From assembly GCF_009914755.1 (NCBI RefSeq), contig NC_060940.1: a stretch of DNA of 64,000 bases. One strand, 5' to 3'. Position numbers and translations under genes: made by a program. Of the stretch, positions 57,190 to 64,000 are shown piece after piece. The notes beneath the pieces were generated by a model. The model searched no databases and was not told the DNA's origin. It worked only from the letters and a program-made list of their open reading frames with translations. This DNA is from the human T2T-CHM13v2.0 reference genome, Homo sapiens. Position 1 is the first letter of the stretch. Every line of letters starts with the position of its first letter.

Positions 57190-57399
57190 GTCGGGAAGAG
57201 TGAGATTGTAGTTTCTGGACGTTCTGCTAAACTAATTATCCCAGCTACTCCTATGAAGGTAGTAGGTCATGTGTGGCATTATAGGATTATTAGGGAGAGT
57301 GGATTCTCCAGCAATGCCAATAAAGATGCCCCAGCCATGGCAGTACCAATATCAGAGGCATTCAGGGATATAGAATTACTTTGAGACCTCAAGCCACAT

Positions 57400-58092
<693 letters not shown>

Positions 58093-58119
58093 TAGCAGTT
58101 TGTCATATTTCCATAATAA

Positions 58120-58340
58120 TAGCTATTGTTTATGTAAGTGATTTATGTGGTATAATTTATTTACCTCTCACATAACTGCATGAGAGAGGTGCTCTTATTA
58201 TCCCCATTTTACAGGCTCAGAGATACTTAAAGTCACTTGCCCAAGGCCTGGCAGCTAGCAAGCAGGAGCCCAGATGTGAGCCCAAGAAGTCTGGCTTTGG
58301 GGAATCTGTGCTCCTCACTACCAAAGCACACTGCCTCCAG
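58120..58340 (-). mobile_element. MIR
   Basis: ttattatccccattttacagg...cacttgcccaaggcc...cagctagcaag. Confidence 0.65.
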
Positions 58341-58613
58341 ATTTTAGTTCATTCTTTTCTTCTTTATAAAAGGTAAAAACATTCAGATTCAGACAAAGTT
58401 TTATCTGTATCCTACCCATGACCCCACTTTCACTTATACAGGTGCCAATTCTCCCGAAGTCGGTTGAATTTTGAGGGGAAGGTTTTGGGGATCATCTTTG
58501 GGTTCTTTAATACTAGAAGTTACCATTTTCTGTATGAGCTTGGCCATTTTGGCTATGGAGAAAGGCAAAAAGGACTTCAGTGGGAAGATTGATGCCTTCA
58601 ACAGCTCCCTCCT

Positions 58614-59346
58614 TGTAACCGCCCAGTGGGTTCTCTTTACCCGCTTCCTAGACAGAGCCAATTTATCAAGACAAGGGGATTGCAGTGGAGAAAGGGTAAC
58701 TCATGTACAGCCGGCTGTGCATGAGATCAGGTTTCATTATTACTCAAATTAGACTCCCTGAGCATTTGGGGATCAGAATTTTTAACGATCATTTGGTGGG
58801 TAGGGTCTTGGGAAGTGGGGAGTGCTGATTGGTCAGGTTGGAGATGGCATCATAGGGGATCGAAGTGAGTTTTTCTTGCTGTCTACTGTTCCTGCCTGGG
58901 ATGGCAGAACAGTTGAGCCATACTACTACGGGTCTGGCTGGTGTCAGCTGATCCATCCAGTGCAGGGTCTGCAAAATATCTGAAGCACTGATCTCAGATT
59001 TTACAAGAGTGATGTTATCCCCAGGAGCAATTTGGGGAGGTTCAGACTCTTGGAGCCAGAGGCTGAATGACCCCTAAACTGAAATTTCTAATCTTGTAGC
59101 TAATTTGTTAGTCCTGCAAAGGCAGACTGGTCCCCAGGCAAGAAGGGGTTCTTTTCAGGAAAGGGCTGTTATCAATTTTGTTTCAGAGTCAAACCATGAA
59201 CTGAATTGTCCCCCAAAGTTAGTTTGGCCTACACCCAGGAATGAACAAGGACAGCTTAAAGGTTAGAAGCAAGATGGAGTCGATTAGGTCTAATCTCTTT
59301 CACTGTCATAATTTCCTCAGTTATAATTTTTGCAAAGATGGTTTCA
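58614..59346 (-). mobile_element. LTR8/LTR8A ERV1 solo LTR
   Basis: tgtaaccgcccagtgggttc...gacagagccaatttatcaagac...ataatttttgcaaagatggtttca; 733 bp. Confidence 0.85.
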
Positions 59347-59884
59347 TTCACACCCAGAGACAAAGCTGAGTGTCCTACAGAATGTGGCAGCCCCGCTCTG
59401 CCAGTCTCTGTTCCAGGGCTTCAGGCGGTCTCTCCAAGCTCTGATTTATTCCTCCTCACTGGCTGGCTCCACTTAACTCTCAGGCTACTGACCTTGGCCT
59501 CAACACTGGCATCTCCCTTGATCTCTGGATACCTCACTTATTCATTTACTAACAAACATTTATTGAGCATCTACTATATGTCAGGTGCTCTCTTAGGCCC
59601 TGACAATGTAGCAGTGAGTGAATTAGAAACAAAAATCCCTACCCTCAGGGTACTTGCACTCCAGCTTCCTTCTAGTTCTCTCTCCCTTGCTGTTTCTCAG
59701 ACTTTTCTAAGCTCCATGTTCTGCAGTCTAATGAGTAGGCTGCTGTCCTCTTAAGCCCAGCCCTGGTTCTTTTATCCTGGCCTCCACTTCTCCAGAAAGA
59801 GCCAGAGTATAAACACTTATCTAAGCATGAAGGCAGGCATGAGCCTCAGACTTTATAAAAAGCTGAGGGTTTTCGCAACATTGG

Positions 59885-60308
59885 TGTGAAAGGAAAATAT
59901 CCTGGGTCCTTTCAAGTTGGGAACTGCTCAGGGCAAATCAGACTCCCATCCTATTCAAAGTCATCCCTCTGCTCACAGAGATAGATGCATATTCTGACTG
60001 CTTCCTTTGGAAAGACTTATCAGAAACTCAGTGCAACCATTTGTCTCTCACCTACCTGTGACCTGGAAGGCCTCAGCGGGGGGCCTTGCTTTGAGTTGTC
60101 TCTGCCTTTCTGGACTGAACTAATGTACTTCTTACATATATTGATTGATGTCTCATGTCTCCCTAAAATGTATAAAACCAAGCTGTGCCCGACCACCTTG
60201 GGCATGTCCTCAGGACTTCTTGAGGCTGTGTCACAGGCGCGTCCTTAACCTTGGCAAAATAAACTTTCTAAATTAACTGAGGCTTGTCTCAGATTTTCTG
60301 GGTTCACA
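59885..60308 (+). mobile_element. MER4A1-like ERV1 solo LTR
   Basis: tgtgaaaggaaaata...tataaaa...ccttggcaaaataaactttctaaatt...gggttcaca; TSD ttgg/ctgg. Confidence 0.85.
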
Positions 60309-61222
60309 CTGGGTAGAAGCAGAATCACAGGTGGAAGTCCGAAAGATAGGAGAGGAGCTGCCCAGGCACAGGCGGGGCAGGAGAGTGAGGAGCCCCTTGC
60401 TCTCTTTTGGCTCATCATGGTCTGTGGTACTTCCCAAGACTCCTGCACAGCATCCCCAGATGTCACATGGTTTTGCAACTGTCACTGCGCATGGCGCATG
60501 CTACTGAGATGGGCACTTTGGGTTGGAGCTCTGCCTATTGAAGTGCCAAAGCACTGGGGACTGGGAAAAACTGCTTGCTAATTGCCCCTCAGTCCCAGGT
60601 CTCAGTTCTCATGCTTCTGAGGGCTGAGGTAGAGCCTGCATTTAGTTATTTGTTTTTTCCTCCGTTTGCCCGACTTCTGGGCTGCTCATTTTGTCACGGT
60701 GTTCTTTTGTTGTTATATTTGTCAGGACTTATTTTCTTTGAAGGAAAAGGGCTTCAACCCACATATTATGAGAAATTGGCTCTGACATGTATTTCTATTT
60801 CTTTTCCAAAGAAATTTCCCTATACATTTTCTCAAAGTGTCATTAAACTCTAATAGGCTTCCCCCAATACCCCCGCCCCCGAACCAAGCCTGATTTAACC
60901 GAGCATTTTCTGAAACAAGGTGACTCTTATTTAAGGATTCTAAATGTATTCCAGTTCTTGGCAGTCTTAAGCACACAGCTGAATGCATGTTAAGTCTAGC
61001 ATGGATAATTACACCAGCTGTGACCTTTTAGAAACATGTATTTGGACTAAAGTGGTGTTTAGTCACTTTTGATTGACTTAGGTTTTACTTGGTTTATGTT
61101 TGGTAAACTTCAAATATTTGCTTCCGTATAAGCTGGTTAAACTCCCAAAGAGCACTGTGTGTGGTCTGCTGCGTTGAAGGCCCCCTCTGTGATGTCAGTG
61201 ACACAATGACACTACATGTGCT

Positions 61223-61273
61223 TGTATGCATGTGCGTGCACACACACACACACACACACACACGTGCATACAC
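61223..61273. repeat. (CA)12 microsatellite within an alternating purine-pyrimidine tract
   Basis: Seen directly. Confidence 0.9.
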
Positions 61274-62319
61274 AATTAGAGGCAGGCGGAGTGGCTGATG
61301 ACATTTGGAAGTAATGTAGCATGACACTGCCACTCATGGGTGTGAAGTCCAAAAGGGCACTGACTGTCAGGAGACAAACAGGAGCTGTGATTGCTTTAAG
61401 ATCATTCCCATGCAGCTGTCGAAGCGGCGGGAGAGAGCACTTGGGAAAGAGCTGCTCACCCATTATTCTCAGCAGCCTAAGGTGACCTTGGACAGCCTCT
61501 TAACCTCTGAGCAGTGAGCGTGTGGGCATGGCCTGTCTTCCAGGGCCTTGCAGTTCCGTGCAGCCTTGGTGATAAAACAACCCCTCAGATGTGGTGCAAA
61601 CACAAAGACAAGGGGACAAGTGCCCCTCCTCCTCCCCTTCCCCTTCTGTTTCTCCTTCTCCTTTCCCTCTTCTCCCTCACTTCCCCTACCCCTGCTTCTC
61701 TCCTTCTGTTTCTCCTTCTCCTCTCCCCCGCCTCCTGGATTTCCCCTTTTTGTGTGGTTCTCAAGCATTGGAAATTCCAAAGTAGCCAGAAAAGGGGCCA
61801 CTAGACTGCCTTTTTCTGCTAGCTCTGTGAGCCTAACCCCGTTTCAACAAAGCCTCCATAGCTCTTATTTCTGAATAACTGAAAGATTGAGAAGCTTATT
61901 CTAGATGAGGTTGAAGGCAGCCATGCAACAAAGTACATCTGGACAGTCCCACTTAAGAGCCATTTCTCGCCATGCAGGAACTGACCTGCTGTGGTCTCAG
62001 CACTAACAGAAGCCTGGGGTTGCAAAGCGGACCATGCAGCTGAAGGTCTCTGAGCCATTGACCTCAGCTTTGTCACATGGCTTGAGTTAAGGTGAAGAAG
62101 GTCTGCTCTCTGGGGTTCGGCTATCAGCCTTAATGACAATCTTTAAGTCAGCAATTCCTGGTAGCAAGAGTCACCCAGGCAAACCTTCCTGGCATCCAAC
62201 ATCAGCCTCCGCTTGCCTCTGCTTGACCTTGATTCCAGCTCTGGTGTTTTATGCTGGCCCTGCTTAGGTTTTCGTTTTGTAACTTGTTTGGCCTATATTT
62301 ACCCTATGTTCTATGTTTC

Positions 62320-63370
62320 TTTGGAGGTATGAAAAATAATCACATACCATACAATTTAAGCATTTAAAGAGCATAACTCACTAGTTTGTTTAGTGTGTAC
62401 TCGGAATTGTGTAACAATCCCTACGACCAATTTAGAATCTTTTCATAACCCTCAAGAGAAATCTCTTACCGTTAACTACCACCCCATAATACCCTCATCC
62501 TTTTCCCCCAGCCCTGGGGAATAACTAATCTGCTTTCTGTCTCGATAGATTTGCCTTTTCTGGATATGTCATATAAATAGGATCATATAATATGTGGCCT
62601 TTTGCGACTGGCTTCTTTCACTTAGTGTAATGCTTTTCTGGTTCATCCATGTTGTAGCATGTACCAGTACTTTATTCTTTTTTGCAGCTGAATAATATTC
62701 CATTTTCTAAATACATCAGATTGTTTTTTTTTAAAAAAAAAATCCATTATTTTAGGGTCAGGGGTACACGTACAAGTTTGTTATATAGGTAAACTCGTGT
62801 CAGTGGGGTTTGTTGTAAAGATTATTTTGTCATTCAGGTACTAAGCCCAGTACCCAACAGTTATTTTTTCTGATCCTCTCCCTTTTCCCACCCTCAAGTA
62901 GGTCTCAGTGCCTGTTGGTCCCTTCTTTGTACCTATGCGTTCTCATCATAGTTCCCATGTATAAGTGACAACACGCAGGATATACCAGATTTTATTTATC
63001 TATTCATTTGTTGATGGACAATTAGGTTGTTGTTACTTTTCAACTATTATAAACGGTGCTGCTATGAACATTTGTGTATATATTTTTGTGTGGCTGTGTT
63101 TTCATTTCTCTTGGGTACAGACCTAATAGTGCAGTTGCTGGGCCATAGGGTAACTCTATGTTTAACTTTTTGAGGAGCTGCCACAGTATTTTCTAAAGTG
63201 GCTGAACCGTTTGACAATCCCATCAGCAATGTGAGGGGTCCATTTTTTCCACATCCTTGCTAATACTTCTCATTGTCTGTCTTAATCACAGCCATCTTAG
63301 TGGCCGTGGAGTGGTGTCTCATTGGGACATGATTGGAATTTGAGCATCCCTTGAAATTTGAATTTTCATG
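62320..63370 (-). mobile_element. L1MB-type 3' region split by an L1PA fragment
   Basis: ccagccctggggaataactaatctgctttctgtctc...gactggcttctttcacttag...cccatcagcaatgtga. Confidence 0.8.
62723..62979 (-). mobile_element. L1PA (PA13-like) 3' end
   Basis: caggggtacacgtacaagtttgttatataggtaaactcgtgtca...ataagtgacaacacgcag; degenerate TSD atacatcagatt/atataccagatt. Confidence 0.8.
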
Positions 63371-63797
63371 TGGACAGCGCCCAGGCCTCCTTTGTCTGGC
63401 ACCCCATCTCTCTACATCTTGCCCAGTGCCCAGCTCATAGTAGTAAATGCTCAAGTCCTGTGTGGATTAGATGAAGGATGTGGTTTTCCATATTTGCTGT
63501 TCCCAGTGACACTCTATCTGGGCTCCTGCCTCAGAAGTAGGATTTTTTGCTTTCTATCCCTGATCTCCTTTTACCATCTGAATACCCACCCTAACTTTTG
63601 GCTTCACATTTCTGCGTAAAGATGACCATTCCTTCCTTGAAGTCCAAGTGAGCTCAGTTATTTAGGAGAGAGTATGCTTCAAATGTCCCTAATGCTCCAC
63701 AAAAGCCCAGTAAAGCTCTCACATGAGTTCTTCTAGCTCAGTGCCTGGCCCACAGATGTTGCCAAGAAATGCTGCCTTCCTTCTTCTCTATTGCTTG

Positions 63798-64000
63798 TGT
63801 ATTGTTTCCTGTAGCTGCAGTAACATTACCACAGGCTGTTGGTGGCTTAAAACAGCCTAAATGTATTACCTTACAGGTATCTAGGTCAGAAATCCAAAAT
63901 GAGTCTCACTGGACTAAAATCAAGATGTTGGCAGGGCTTTGTTCCTTCTGGAGGCTCTAGGAGAGAGTCTGTTTCCTTTCCTTCTTCCCCTTCAAGAAGC
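63798..64000 (-). mobile_element. MLT1C/D-like LTR running off the window
   Basis: tgtattgtttcctgtagctgcagtaac...ggtggcttaaaacag...ttccttctggaggctctagg. Confidence 0.75.

Noticed and set aside
60486-60501. tgcgcatggcgcatgc as an NRF1 site
   Set aside because: Spacing breaks the GCGCATGCGC palindrome and there is no CpG-island context

Overview
Primate genomic DNA, most likely human because it carries an AluYg6 with all six diagnostic changes. The window looks intergenic or intronic. I found no recognisable intact protein-coding exon, and the ORF track is mostly repeat-derived or chance ORFs, many with GTG/TTG starts. Much of the window is transposon-derived: Alus (J, S, Y), L1s from L1ME/L1MD to L1PA3 age, L2, MIR, CR1/L3, MaLR and ERV1 solo LTRs, and DNA transposons (Tigger3b, MER20, MER58A, MER44, MER94, MER5, MADE1). 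Two host-gene retrocopies are clear: a processed RPL21 pseudogene (25086-25993) and a U13/SNORD13 snoRNA retrocopy (44616-44750). I do not see a new multi-gene system. The most unusual structures are: a TSD-bounded L1 3' transduction of about 112 bp of non-L1 DNA (48510-48774); a 110-bp templated copy of the U13 retrocopy 3' half plus flank placed 1331 bp downstream (46005-46114); a young AluYg6; an Alu tail converted to (AGGGG)14; a still-readable CR1 reverse-transcriptase relic; an old L1 retaining both ends inside a split MER94; and isolated CTCF and RFX motifs. Repeat subfamily names come from remembered consensus sequences and need RepeatMasker/Dfam confirmation. Boundaries of old repeats are approximate.
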